Shown: positions 8,814 through 17,816, numbered from the stretch's first letter. The stretch: 64,000 nucleotides of DNA from a virus (IMGVR_UViG_3300018481_000018:67759-131758), one strand, 5' to 3'. A program made the numbers and translations. The notes: generated from the letters alone by a model not told the origin.

Positions 8814-9304
8814 AGATCCTCCTGCCAGGTGAGAGTGGTGGGTGGTGCGGCCATGAAGATGGGCTGACCTTCGTATTCGACCACCTGGGCGGTGTCGGTG
8901 ACGTAGAGCACGAATCGTTCGGGCCGGTTCGGGTCCACCGCGTCGAACAGCACACGCCCGTCGCTCAGGTTCGGCTTGGAGTAGCGGGCCGTGGGGGTTG
9001 CGATGTGCGGGCACACCTTCATGGCGTACTCCGCGCAGTCCGGGTGCATGGGCGGGTCCAGGAAGAGGTTCTGCTCAGCTGCCAGTGGGCCTCCGATGAA
9101 GGCGATCGGCTGGAACAACGTCGTCCCGCACAGTCCGCACAGATGGTCCTGAATGCAGCGCACGATCTTCTGGCCGTCGATGACGGTGAAGTCTGGACGA
9201 CCGTCCGAATCCATCAGCGTGACGAACGTGATCGGGAAGCCCCGCGCGTCGCGAGGGCGGTTGACGAGTTCAGCCGGCATCGGCACGCTCTGCCAGTCGA
9301 GCAT
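8810..9304 (-). CDS. hypothetical protein, Cys/His metal-binding-like (164 aa)
   Basis: ORF track; CGLCG..HPDC..CPH. Confidence 0.6.
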   Translation of the reverse strand: MLDWQSVPMPAELVNRPRDARGFPITFVTLMDSDGRPDFTVIDGQKIVRCIQDHLCGLCGTTLFQPIAFIGGPLAAEQNLFLDPPMHPDCAEYAMKVCPHIATPTARYSKPNLSDGRVLFDAVDPNRPERFVLYVTDTAQVVEYEGQPIFMAAPPTTLTWQEDL

Positions 9305-9585
9305 CAGAGGTCCTGGATGGTGACGTGGGTCTGGCCCGTGCAGGGTGTCCTGAAGTAGTCGCTGAAGCAGGACAGGCAGGTCCCGTCGTCGTTGCGGAGC
9401 TTGTCCCGGCGGGCAACCAGTTTCTCGATCGCGCCCTCGCCGAAGAAGTCCAGCGCCGCCACGTCGGCGTCCGAACTGCCGTCCGGGTGCAGGATCGTGT
9501 TGAGAGCGAAGATCCCGACGCTGAGCGCGTCCTCGTCGGAGAGATCCTCGTCCCAGGTGGTGGGGTCTTGGAAGTCGATGGTCAC
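9304..9585 (-). CDS. hypothetical acidic protein (93 aa)
   Basis: ORF track; 1-nt overlap with downstream gene. Confidence 0.55.
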   Translation of the reverse strand: MTIDFQDPTTWDEDLSDEDALSVGIFALNTILHPDGSSDADVAALDFFGEGAIEKLVARRDKLRNDDGTCLSCFSDYFRTPCTGQTHVTIQDL

Positions 9586-9594
9586 GGGCCCTCC

Positions 9595-9975
9595 TCAGGG
9601 CTCGGGAGTGACGGTCACGCGGATGCGCGCGCCACTCTGGGTGGTAATGATGAAGTAGTTGAGGTAGTCACCGTTGTTGTCGGTGTCCATGTCGACCTCG
9701 GCGATCTTCATGTTCAACGCCTCGGTGTTGCCGCTCCTGGCTTGGAGGGCCATGCCAACCATCTCGCCTTGCAGGAACGCGGCGTAGATGTTCGCGTCCG
9801 GATGGTGAGGCGATGGCGGAATCGGCTGGCCGGTGATGGAGGAGACTGCTTGGGCAATTTCCTCTACTCTCGGCGGCTTGCTCACGTCGTACGCACAGGC
9901 GCAGCGACTGCCGTCGTAGTGGACCACTTGGCAGCCGCGCTCGTGCAGATCGTGGCTACACGACGGGCACTTCAT
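9595..9975 (-). CDS. hypothetical protein with N-terminal CxxC..C..C (126 aa)
   Basis: ORF track. Confidence 0.55.
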   Translation of the reverse strand: MKCPSCSHDLHERGCQVVHYDGSRCACAYDVSKPPRVEEIAQAVSSITGQPIPPSPHHPDANIYAAFLQGEMVGMALQARSGNTEALNMKIAEVDMDTDNNGDYLNYFIITTQSGARIRVTVTPEP

Positions 9976-10372
9976 CTTCGCCCTTGTCCATGTCCGCCTG
10001 CTCGGCCCGCAGTTCGTCGATGACGTCGTAGGGCACGCTGTATCCCAGGTCGCGCAGCATAGCCACGGTGTCGGCCGCCTCGCCTGGACTGTCCAGGTTG
10101 AAGGTCTCGCCGGCGTACGGCAGTTCGATGCTCTCGCGTCGGTAGTTCGCGCCCTCGTGCTTCTCGTCCATCATGTGCAGGACCTCGAGGTGGCGATGGA
10201 CGAATCGGTGCGCCTGGTCTTCGTCTCTGGGTGGCCATGGCACCTCCTCGGGCAGGTCCACGAGCCAGATGGTTCGGTTGCCGGCGACGTGGATGGTCCA
10301 CTTGCCGGAGACGTTGGCGTAGACGTACAGGTCGCACTTGAAGTCGTCGGTGGACCAGCGGCTGTAGCTCAC
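9956..10372 (-). CDS. hypothetical protein (138 aa)
   Basis: ORF track. Confidence 0.55.
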   Translation of the reverse strand: MSYSRWSTDDFKCDLYVYANVSGKWTIHVAGNRTIWLVDLPEEVPWPPRDEDQAHRFVHRHLEVLHMMDEKHEGANYRRESIELPYAGETFNLDSPGEAADTVAMLRDLGYSVPYDVIDELRAEQADMDKGEDEVPVV

Positions 10373-10686
10373 TCTTCCTCCCGCTCCTTGATGTCGTTCA
10401 TGGCCTTGATGATTGCGGCTTGGCCCTCGTCGGTTTCGAGGTCCGCCTCGACGATGGCGTCGGCCACCAGCCGGAGCTTCTCGGGCACCCGCATCCCGGG
10501 CTGGATCAGCGCGATGATCGGCTTGTCGAGCATGATCATCGCGCCCAGCTCTAGGCAGAACTTGGCGTCGACCCAGAGGTCCTCGTCCTCAGGGATGACG
10601 GTGACCGCCACGAAACTCTCGGCCAGCTTGGGGACCAGCCCCTCCATCACGACCTTCTGGAACTCGTCGTCTTTGCTCATTGTCAC
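10369..10686 (-). CDS. hypothetical protein (105 aa)
   Basis: ORF track; first gene downstream of promoter-like motif at 10692-10733; SD CAGGAGTGA. Confidence 0.6.
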   Translation of the reverse strand: MTMSKDDEFQKVVMEGLVPKLAESFVAVTVIPEDEDLWVDAKFCLELGAMIMLDKPIIALIQPGMRVPEKLRLVADAIVEADLETDEGQAAIIKAMNDIKEREEE

Positions 10687-10691
10687 TCCTG

Positions 10692-10733
10692 AAAATCGGG
10701 TGGTGGGTGGTCGGTGACCAATGTTCGGATTGG
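10692..10733 (-). promoter_or_regulatory. conserved promoter-like motif (CAATCCGAACATT core plus CACCCACCACCC tract)
   Basis: Near-identical 40-mers at 17770, 24368, 28300; lies 5-45 nt upstream of gene start 10686. Confidence 0.55.
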
Positions 10734-10734
10734 G

Positions 10735-11241
10735 TCAGTCGTTGGTGATCTGATCGCCGTCTCGCCACGGCCGGACCGGCTCGATGGTGTGCTCGCGCAC
10801 CGCCGCCCAGATGATCTCGAGCGGGCCCAGGTGGGTCTCGTTGTGCAGGCCCAGGTATCGCCGCTCCAGCCCCGACCAGTCGTTGACGCTGACCATGCCG
10901 GCGCAGGTTGGGCAGCAGTTGTAGCCGCCACGGTTCTTGTAGATCTGGATCTCATCGGCCCCGGTCTTGGGGTTCCGCCAGGCCATGCCGAGGTCGAAGT
11001 CGCTGACCGGCAAGTAGCTACGCTCGGCCAGTGCGACCTGCTCGCCGCAGAAGTCGCAGACGCTCACGAGGAACTGGTCCTCGTACGGGATGGGCAGCAC
11101 CTCGTGGTCGATCTTCTTGAACTGTTCGGAGGGGTGGCCCCAGCGAGCGACGACGCTGCCGTTCTCCTTGAGCAACAGCCAGCTCAGGGTGATCCCGCAT
11201 CGGCCACAGATCATGGTGCCGACCTTGCCCTCCCTGTTCAT
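10735..11241 (-). CDS. hypothetical protein with CGRCG/CDFCG/CCPTC zinc-finger-like motifs (168 aa)
   Basis: ORF track. Confidence 0.6.
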   Translation of the reverse strand: MNREGKVGTMICGRCGITLSWLLLKENGSVVARWGHPSEQFKKIDHEVLPIPYEDQFLVSVCDFCGEQVALAERSYLPVSDFDLGMAWRNPKTGADEIQIYKNRGGYNCCPTCAGMVSVNDWSGLERRYLGLHNETHLGPLEIIWAAVREHTIEPVRPWRDGDQITND

Positions 11242-11342
11242 CAGAACGCCCCTCCCTTGAGTGCCAGTTCAGCCAGGACCCAGCCTGCGAGCGCCGCGAG
11301 GGGCAGGACGATCAGCCAGCCACGCAGGGACAGGCCCGTCAT
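11241..11342 (-). CDS. small membrane peptide (33 aa; alt start 11363)
   Basis: ATG 11342..11340 overlaps upstream stop (ATGA); hydrophobic LIVLPLAALAGWVLAELAL. Confidence 0.35.
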   Translation of the reverse strand: MTGLSLRGWLIVLPLAALAGWVLAELALKGGAF

Positions 11343-11823
11343 GTCTTTCGCTCGGTCAGCCATGACCCCAGGGCCTCCTCGTCGAACACCGTGATGGTGT
11401 CGGTGGATGGGTGGTAGGTGCCGATCGCCCTGACCAGCGTCGAGCCCACGAACACGCGGGCGCTGGTGGGGTAGGCGGTGACCATGCGGCCGGCGGCGTG
11501 CTGGACGCCCGCCTCCCACCGGCCCCGAGCGTCCCGGTTGGCGTACTGCGCAGCGCCGTACTTCCAGCCCTCGTAGTGGACGTCGACGCTGGTCTCTCCG
11601 GCAGGCCGACCAGCGCGGAGCCTGGGTCGATGCCCAGCCTTCCGGCGTCGGTGGGCACGTAGATCACCAGGCTCACGTCGTTGTACACGTAGCGGCCGCG
11701 CTCGTGGTACTGCGGAGCGGCTTGGCACTCCACACACTGGGGCCAGCCCCACTGCGTGTTGTGGGTGGTGTGCGTGGCGTCTCGCCAGCACGTCCACACG
11801 GATGTTGAGGTCGTCGTGGTCAT
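11339..11823 (-). CDS. hypothetical protein split over two frames (apparent -1 frameshift/indel near 11600-11625)
   Basis: N-terminal half is coding-like (high GC3) in the frame of ORF 11356..11823; C-terminal half is coding-like in the frame of ORF 11339..11797; switch at ..CTGCCGGAGAGACCAGC.. Confidence 0.45.
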
Positions 11824-12353
11824 GGCTTCTCCTCGGGGTCGATGCCGTGCTTCTCCAGGAGGGCGGTCAATCGCTCGACCTTCGCCTCGGCCTGCTTGCG
11901 CATGGCCAGCGGCGTGCGGTCCTCGGCGACGGAGATCGACAGCACGTACTGGCTGTCATCGGGCGCGTTGCCCGTCTTGACCTCCCACTCGACGTGGTTG
12001 ATCGCCTGGGGCTGGTGGGCCGAGAAGATCGCGTGAGCCACGCGCCCAAGGTCCAGGCACAGTTCCTCCGGCGGAGCGAATGCCAGCCAACCCTCGTCGC
12101 GGAAGCCGAGGAATTGCCCCTCGTACTCCGCGTCATCCTCGCTGCTCTTGGCCAGCCGCTTGAGGAACTCCGCGTCCAGGTCCTCGGCCGGGCCGTGCGG
12201 GATCCTCATGTGCAGGGCGTGGCGTGACGACGGTTCGATCACCGCGTCGGGCCAGGCCGCGCCGATCATCTGCATGAGCGCGCCGGCCACGTTGAGCGGT
12301 AGCGGCGACTCGATTCGGATGGGCATCCATTCCGACGTGTCCTGGTCGGTCAT
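11820..12353 (-). CDS. hypothetical protein (177 aa)
   Basis: ATG 12353..12351 (MTDQDTSEW..) overlaps upstream stop; ATGA overlap with downstream gene. Confidence 0.55.
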   Translation of the reverse strand: MTDQDTSEWMPIRIESPLPLNVAGALMQMIGAAWPDAVIEPSSRHALHMRIPHGPAEDLDAEFLKRLAKSSEDDAEYEGQFLGFRDEGWLAFAPPEELCLDLGRVAHAIFSAHQPQAINHVEWEVKTGNAPDDSQYVLSISVAEDRTPLAMRKQAEAKVERLTALLEKHGIDPEEKP

Positions 12354-12556
12354 TCCGCGACCTTCATGATGGAGGCGATGGCCTGCTCGACCTCGCGGGC
12401 TGTTACGCGTCGTTCGTCGATGCCGTCCAGGATGTTGGAGGGCAAGTCGTTGCAGCCGGTCGTTTCCCGGCAGGTCTCGCACCGGCCCCAGGACTGGAAC
12501 TCCTTGGGGAACTTCGGGTACCTGCTCTTGTCGGCGCACTCGTTGCAGTAGAACAT
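12350..12556 (-). CDS. hypothetical small Cys protein (68 aa)
   Basis: ORF track; CNEC..CETC..C. Confidence 0.5.
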   Translation of the reverse strand: MFYCNECADKSRYPKFPKEFQSWGRCETCRETTGCNDLPSNILDGIDERRVTAREVEQAIASIMKVAE

Positions 12557-12563
12557 CAGGCCA

Positions 12564-12902
12564 TCAGTCCTCCACGGGAGTCAGGCCGCGCTGCTTGGCC
12601 CACTGATCATCGAACAGGCACTCGTCGGCATCAGCCTGCCTGAGCGCCTGCTTGGGGTAGCCCCGGCCCTCCGGACGAGCGTCTTCGTAGTCCCCGCGCG
12701 CGGCTCGCCGCATCCGTTCGACCTGGGCCTCTGCGAACTTGCGTCGAGTCTTGGGGAACGTCCTGTAGTCCAGGTGCGCCTCGAGCACGGTGGCTTCGTA
12801 GGCGAGCAGGGCTCGCAAGGCGTAGATCTCGTCGACGGCCACGCTCAGGTCGGAGAACGTCACGCCTGGCCGCTCGCGCTTCTCCCAGCGCTGCTTGGCC
12901 AT
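12564..12902 (-). CDS. hypothetical protein (112 aa)
   Basis: ORF track. Confidence 0.55.
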   Translation of the reverse strand: MAKQRWEKRERPGVTFSDLSVAVDEIYALRALLAYEATVLEAHLDYRTFPKTRRKFAEAQVERMRRAARGDYEDARPEGRGYPKQALRQADADECLFDDQWAKQRGLTPVED

Positions 12903-13066
12903 CAGAGACCCTCCGGTCCAGTCAGTTCGAGTCGGTACGGCTCATCCGTGTCGTCGTCTACCAGGTCCAGGTAGGTGCGCCCGGTCCCTTTCGAGTCGTC
13001 GACGACCGAGAACCTGAACGGCACCCCGGTCTCTGCGATCTGGCGCAGCAGTTTCTCGAGGTCCAT
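12902..13066 (-). CDS. hypothetical small acidic protein (54 aa)
   Basis: ATG 13066..13064 (MDLEKLLRQ..) adjacent to upstream stop; ORF-track extension is junk. Confidence 0.4.
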   Translation of the reverse strand: MDLEKLLRQIAETGVPFRFSVVDDSKGTGRTYLDLVDDDTDEPYRLELTGPEGL

Positions 13067-13629
13067 CAGAGCGATCCGCTCATCAGGCGCTGGCCCAGGA
13101 CCTGCTCGGTCAGGGACATGGCGGTTGCTACCTCGTCGTGCTTGTCGCGGACGACCTCCCACGCCTTCTTGAGTTCCTCGAACTCGGTGTGAACGTCCTC
13201 GAAGGTGCGCTCGCCGGCCGTCTCGAGTAGGCGGCGGGCCTTCTTCGCCACGTCGTCGTAGTGCTGGAGTACAGCCTGCGCGTCGCCTTCATACGCCGGG
13301 TTGAGCCGAGCGTCGTGGAAGAGCCGGGTTAGGGCGTGCGGGTCTTGGCGTTGGCACGCCTCGTTCAGCACGTCGGAGTCGAGGCTGAACTTGAAGTCTT
13401 CCGTGACGGGTGAGTAGCCGCCGGTCTTCTTGGAGTACAGCTGGCGTTTGCCCAGCGCCTCGGCGTCATCGGCCCGAGGGAACTTCTGGATCTTCGCCTG
13501 ACCCTTGGTGCCGATGCCGCCCCATGCGGTGACGACGACGCCGTTCTCGGAGAGCAGGACGCAATAGAACTTGTTGTGACTGCCGATCCTGTTCTCCAGG
13601 TACCAGCCGGTGACGGGGATGTTGGTCAT
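13066..13629 (-). CDS. WGR domain-containing protein
   Basis: WYLENRIGSHNKFYCVLLSENGVVVTAWGGIGTKG matches WGR domain consensus (as in PARP N-terminal region). Confidence 0.65.
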   Translation of the reverse strand: MTNIPVTGWYLENRIGSHNKFYCVLLSENGVVVTAWGGIGTKGQAKIQKFPRADDAEALGKRQLYSKKTGGYSPVTEDFKFSLDSDVLNEACQRQDPHALTRLFHDARLNPAYEGDAQAVLQHYDDVAKKARRLLETAGERTFEDVHTEFEELKKAWEVVRDKHDEVATAMSLTEQVLGQRLMSGSL

Positions 13630-13955
13630 GATGCGGCCTCCTCGGGCCTAGACAGGATGGATTGTACGGCTTCAGCAACCTCTTCGTCGGTGGGCTCCAT
13701 GGGTACTAGAGCATCCTCGCGGATCCAGTGGCCGCTTCCGGACTTCCACATCTCATCGTTCAGGTGTGTGGTCACGATGACGTGAGGGTCCTTGTGGTCC
13801 ATGGTGTAGCCGTCGCTTGGGTCGCAGACGATGATCTCGGCGCACTCGGGCACGCCGTTCGAGGTCGGCATGTTCTGTTGCCGGCCGTCTCGGAACCAGT
13901 GTTTGCCCTTCAGTCTGGTGCGGTCACCGGGCTTGAAGTTGACGTACTGAGTCAT
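13626..13955 (-). CDS. hypothetical protein (109 aa)
   Basis: ATG 13955 (MTQYVNFKPGD..) preceded by CAGGAGGGCTG; upstream extension junk. Confidence 0.5.
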   Translation of the reverse strand: MTQYVNFKPGDRTRLKGKHWFRDGRQQNMPTSNGVPECAEIIVCDPSDGYTMDHKDPHVIVTTHLNDEMWKSGSGHWIREDALVPMEPTDEEVAEAVQSILSRPEEAAS

Positions 13956-14208
13956 CAGCCCTCCTGATGCTGGCGATTGCTTCGTTGATCTCGGCCTGCT
14001 TCTCGGCGAGGTGTTCGAGCGCCATGGGCAGCGTGCCACCTTCAGGCGAGTTGCCCTCCGCCAGGAACGCAGGATCGTTGGCAGCGTCGTAAGCCCGGCT
14101 CCACGCCCATGACAGACAGTGCCAGCCGCAAACGCACTCGCCGGCCCACTTGTAGGGCGTGCCGTTGAGGGTGCGCTGGAGTCGGATGGTGACGTGGTGA
14201 TCAGACAT
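13924..14208 (-). CDS. hypothetical protein (94 aa)
   Basis: ORF track. Confidence 0.5.
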   Translation of the reverse strand: MSDHHVTIRLQRTLNGTPYKWAGECVCGWHCLSWAWSRAYDAANDPAFLAEGNSPEGGTLPMALEHLAEKQAEINEAIASIRRADDSVRQLQAR

Positions 14209-14789
14209 CAGTTATCGAACCAGTAGACGATTCTGACGTGCGTCTGATTTCCATCGCACTTGGCGTAGGCGAGATCCTTCAGGCGCTCGAGTGCCTCCGC
14301 CCACTCCTTGTTGACATAGCCTGCGTGGGCTCGGTCGAACAGCGCCTTCCAGTCGACCTGCAAGAGCTCGTCCAGCGTCTGCCAGGAGGGCGTGTGGCCG
14401 TCCTCGCCCCAGGCTTCGTAGTCCTCGCGCACGTTGTCGCAGGCATCTTCAGGGAAGCCTCGTTCCTCCCAGATCTGGTGGTCGCGACCGCGCACGCCAG
14501 CCAGGGCGGAGAACAGCGCGTAGTCACGTCCTGTGTAGAACTTGTCCTCGTACTCGACGTCCCAGGTGGGCAGGCCGTCGTACTCGTCCCGGTAGTCCCC
14601 CACTCCTACCGTGTCGACGGCGGCGATTTTCTCCAGCAGCCACTTGCCAGCGCCGCTCTCGTCTTTGTGCGTCAGCTTCTCGGCGAACGTCCATTCGGGC
14701 GGGCCCTCGGGGACTACTTCGAGAGTAGGGTTCTTCAGCGTCTCTGAGGGGGCCAGGTACTCGACCCTCAGGTGGATGTCGCAGCCCAT
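14208..14789 (-). CDS. hypothetical protein (193 aa)
   Basis: ATG 14789..14787 (MGCDIHLRVEY..) preceded by CAGGAGGACAG; ORF-track N-terminal Arg-rich extension rejected. Confidence 0.6.
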   Translation of the reverse strand: MGCDIHLRVEYLAPSETLKNPTLEVVPEGPPEWTFAEKLTHKDESGAGKWLLEKIAAVDTVGVGDYRDEYDGLPTWDVEYEDKFYTGRDYALFSALAGVRGRDHQIWEERGFPEDACDNVREDYEAWGEDGHTPSWQTLDELLQVDWKALFDRAHAGYVNKEWAEALERLKDLAYAKCDGNQTHVRIVYWFDN

Positions 14790-14791
14790 GA

Positions 14792-15208
14792 TTACTGTCC
14801 TCCTGTGATGCTGGCGATGGCCTCGTCGATGGCCTTCTGTGAGACCGGGCGAGCCTTGCGGGGCTTCTCGGTGGCCTGCCACAGCGGGTGCTCGCTGCGC
14901 CAGTCGCCCTCCTGAACGTGAAACCTGAGCACCCAGCCCTCGCCGGCGTCGTCTACGACCCACTCGTAGACGAAGCCTTCGGCGAGGGGCCGCTCGTAGA
15001 TCTCGCGGCCGTTCAGTTTGGCGGATCGACCTTGCCTGCTGCCCAATTCGCGACCGGTGATGGCGTTCTTGCACTGACCGAGACTGTTGTGCAACTTGAA
15101 GGTGTCGGTGCGGCTGTAGATCCAGGTGGCCCAGCGAGGCTGCGGCGGGAACTTGGCGGGGTCGGGCTGGTTACTCGACCCCGCCAAGAGGGTGCCGGCT
15201 TGGCTCAT
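14792..15208 (-). CDS. hypothetical protein (138 aa)
   Basis: ATG 15208..15206 (MSQAGTLLAG..) overlaps upstream stop (ATGA). Confidence 0.55.
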   Translation of the reverse strand: MSQAGTLLAGSSNQPDPAKFPPQPRWATWIYSRTDTFKLHNSLGQCKNAITGRELGSRQGRSAKLNGREIYERPLAEGFVYEWVVDDAGEGWVLRFHVQEGDWRSEHPLWQATEKPRKARPVSQKAIDEAIASITGGQ

Positions 15209-15696
15209 CGCAGCGCGTCTCGGATGACGTCCGGCACCCCTCCGAGGGCAGGGAGCAGGTTCGGCTCGTCCCACGTGACATGGCCTTGCGCTCCACGCAC
15301 GAACGGCACGACGTAGCTCCAGGACTCGTCCATGGTGACACCCGTGATCTGCACGCACTCGGCCATGCTCTCGCCGGCATCGGCGCGGGCCTGGAGTTCC
15401 CCAGGCTGGAGGGACGGGCCGTTCTCGTACTCCTCCTTGTCGAACATCTTCACGTACGACTCGGCGGACACCAACACCCACTTGGGAGCGCCCAGCTTCT
15501 CCGTCGCCCTGTGCAGGATGTCGCGCAAGGTGGGCTGCATGCCACCCGGCAGCATGCCAGCCAGGGCGAAGATGGTCACCTCGCCCTTGGGGTCGCAGTA
15601 GGCGACCATCGGAATGGCCTGCTCGTTCTCCTCGACCAGGTGCCGGTAGAAGTCGAACGCCTGCTCGGGTGTCAGCATCTTGGTTTCCTCACTCAT
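15205..15696 (-). CDS. hypothetical protein (163 aa)
   Basis: ATG 15696..15694 (MSEETKMLTPEQ..) preceded by GAGGAGGGCG. Confidence 0.6.
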   Translation of the reverse strand: MSEETKMLTPEQAFDFYRHLVEENEQAIPMVAYCDPKGEVTIFALAGMLPGGMQPTLRDILHRATEKLGAPKWVLVSAESYVKMFDKEEYENGPSLQPGELQARADAGESMAECVQITGVTMDESWSYVVPFVRGAQGHVTWDEPNLLPALGGVPDVIRDALR

Positions 15697-15814
15697 CACG
15701 CCCTCCTCGGTGCTTGTGGTGCACGGCGTTGCGTCGGCTCTCGTAGACCGTGGCACTGATCCCAACCAGGACCAGTGCCACGATCGCGAGGAGGATGAGC
15801 AGCAGGATCTCCAT
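15689..15814 (-). CDS. small membrane peptide (41 aa)
   Basis: MEILLLILLAIVALVLVGISATVYE..; stop overlaps downstream start; very high GC3; below ORF-track size cutoff. Confidence 0.35.
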   Translation of the reverse strand: MEILLLILLAIVALVLVGISATVYESRRNAVHHKHRGGRDE

Positions 15815-15972
15815 CAGGCACCTGGGCAGTGGTAGACGGTCACGACCTGCGGACCGTGGTCAGGCTGCCATTCCCACGGGTGAGGTGGATGCGGCTCGGT
15901 CTTGGGCTCGAACTTCCGCCCGCCGTCGACCAGGGTGCCGCAGGGGCTCTCGCCCCCATCTTTCTTCTTCAT
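15814..15972 (-). CDS. small ORF (52 aa)
   Basis: ATG 15972 preceded by AGGAGAG; stop TGA shares a base with next start (TGATG); MKKKDGGESPCGTLVDGG.. Confidence 0.4.
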   Translation of the reverse strand: MKKKDGGESPCGTLVDGGRKFEPKTEPHPPHPWEWQPDHGPQVVTVYHCPGA

Positions 15973-15982
15973 GGATTCTCTC

Positions 15983-17743
15983 CTAGACCTTCTCGAAGAT
16001 CCGCTTGACCGATTCGGGCTTCAGGTCAGAGACGGGGATCACCACGTCGCTGATCTTGTTAAGCAGGCCCACCGGTCCGGTCTGGTAGGTCATGTCGTGA
16101 GCGCCTCCGATGTAGACCGAGTAGACCCGTACGCCGACGCGGTTGCGCTCGGCGTTGAACCTCTCGATCCACGTCTCGTCGAGGTGGGACTGGCCGTCGG
16201 TGATGAAGATGATGTCGGCCTTATCCTTCCCCGACTTGTCGAAGTCCTTGGTCGCCTTCTCCAGCGCCTCGGTGAGCACGCCGTCGAACTGCGTGCCCCC
16301 GTTGGCCTGAGTCCCGAGGAACGACATGACCTTCTCGAACGGCCCCTTGCCCTCGGGGAAGTCGAACCGCTCGCGGTCGTTGTTGTTGCCGAAGAACATC
16401 GCGTAGTAGTCACGATCCTCGTCGGCAGCGAACCGTTGCAGCGCCTCGGCCACGCCCATCGCCCACATGAAGGGCGAGCCCCCCATGGAGCCGGACTTGT
16501 CGATGGCGATCACGATGGGGCCCTTGCCGACCTCTTCGGTGCCGCGCATCTTGTAGACGAGCAGCTCCTTTTCCAGGTATCGGCGGTAGAACTCGTACGT
16601 CGTGTCCTTGTGCCCCAGGAGGGCGAACTGCGCCCGGAGCGTGCGACGAAGGTCGTCACCCGTCTCCACGTCGTACGCCTCGTGTGGCACGTCGTTGACC
16701 CTGGTGGCCTTGACGCCCAGTGCGAACCGCTTCATCTGTCCGATCACCTCGGACAGCGCCTTCATCTCCGGCGTGCGGAGTCGCTCGGCGAATGCCAGTC
16801 GTTCCTCGGGGTTCATGCTGTGCCACTCGCCGTCCTCCAGGCCGATGCCCTTGCGGAGGTTGTCGAGCTCGGATGCTTCGCGCTCGGCGGCGTCCAGCAT
16901 CTTGTTGGCCATGCGGTCGAGGTCGAGGTCGTCCAGCATGGCGTCGAACTCGGCCTCCCACTCCGCCTCGGCCTGGTTCATGGCGTCCTCGGAGTCGGGG
17001 TCGAACTCGTCGTCGCCCTCGCCAGTCAGATCCTCCTCAACCTCGGACCCATCGCCCTCGCCGGGGTCGAAGTCGTCGCCGGGAGATGCGCCGCCGGCAC
17101 CTTGGCTCCCACCCTCGCCCTGGCCTTCACCTGGGCTCGGCTGGCCCTCACCCTGGCCTTCACCGCCCTCGCCTTCGCCTTCACCTTGGCCTTCGCCTTG
17201 GCCCTTTCCGCCACCCTTCTTCTTCTTGCCGCCCGGCTGGGGCGGCGGGGGCGGCGGCGGGATGCGGCCGATGATCTCCCGGAGCGGCTCCGCCATGGCG
17301 TCGAGCGCCACGGTCGCCATCACCGGGTCGTTGACGGTGAACTCCTGGAGCTCCTTGAGCTTGGGGTTGTCCGCCACCTCCTCCAGGATCTTGCGCACCG
17401 GGTAGAGCTCGCGCTCGAGGTTGCGCTTGGCCTCCAGGCGAGGGTTCGCCTTGTAGAAGGACTGGAACAGACCCTCGACCAACTCCGGCGCGGGCTCGAA
17501 GCCTTCGCGGTGCCCGTTCTCACGGTGAGTGTCGCCGATCACCAGGTCTTCCACCAGGTCGTCAACGCTCTCGGTCTTGCGCGCCTCCTTCCACACTCGG
17601 TCGTCCCAGCGGTTGGTCTTGATGACCTTCCGGGACTTCTCCTTGGGCTGGGGCGGCGGGGTGAGGCCAGGACCCAGGAAGCCCTGGTTGCTGGCCATGC
17701 GGGACTTGAGCCTGTCGATGAAACTCACGGGCTGTGTGGTCAT
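15983..17743 (-). CDS. von Willebrand factor type A (vWA) domain protein with Gly/Glu low-complexity linker
   Basis: C-terminal IVIAIDKSGSM..GGTQF..IIFITDGQS: DxSxS metal-ion-dependent adhesion site plus conserved T/D; SD CAAGGAGGGGGA. Confidence 0.8.
   Translation of the reverse strand: MTTQPVSFIDRLKSRMASNQGFLGPGLTPPPQPKEKSRKVIKTNRWDDRVWKEARKTESVDDLVEDLVIGDTHRENGHREGFEPAPELVEGLFQSFYKANPRLEAKRNLERELYPVRKILEEVADNPKLKELQEFTVNDPVMATVALDAMAEPLREIIGRIPPPPPPPQPGGKKKKGGGKGQGEGQGEGEGEGGEGQGEGQPSPGEGQGEGGSQGAGGASPGDDFDPGEGDGSEVEEDLTGEGDDEFDPDSEDAMNQAEAEWEAEFDAMLDDLDLDRMANKMLDAAEREASELDNLRKGIGLEDGEWHSMNPEERLAFAERLRTPEMKALSEVIGQMKRFALGVKATRVNDVPHEAYDVETGDDLRRTLRAQFALLGHKDTTYEFYRRYLEKELLVYKMRGTEEVGKGPIVIAIDKSGSMGGSPFMWAMGVAEALQRFAADEDRDYYAMFFGNNNDRERFDFPEGKGPFEKVMSFLGTQANGGTQFDGVLTEALEKATKDFDKSGKDKADIIFITDGQSHLDETWIERFNAERNRVGVRVYSVYIGGAHDMTYQTGPVGLLNKISDVVIPVSDLKPESVKRIFEKV
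17100..17260 (-). repeat. GC-rich short tandem repeats encoding (GEGQ)n/Gly-Lys low-complexity tract inside the vWA gene
   Basis: ggccttcgccttcaccttggccttcgcc.. periodicity visible in sequence. Confidence 0.6.
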
Positions 17744-17769
17744 TCCCCCTCCTTGGGGTGGGTGTGAAG

Positions 17770-17810
17770 ATTTCGCGTGGGTGGTGCTGGGACTGAATGT
17801 TCGGATTGAG
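17770..17810 (-). promoter_or_regulatory. conserved promoter-like 40-mer (..CAATCCGAACATTCAGTCCCAGCACCACCCACGCGAAATC.. on - strand)
   Basis: Same element as 10692, 24368, 28300; immediately upstream of vWA gene start 17743. Confidence 0.55.
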
Positions 17811-17816
17811 CGCCCA

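Noticed and set aside
15902-17767. 621-aa plus-strand ORF antisense to the vWA gene
   Set aside because: Low-complexity Leu/Gly/Arg/Val translation that mirrors the vWA gene. There is no RBS, and the vWA frame carries clear domain motifs.
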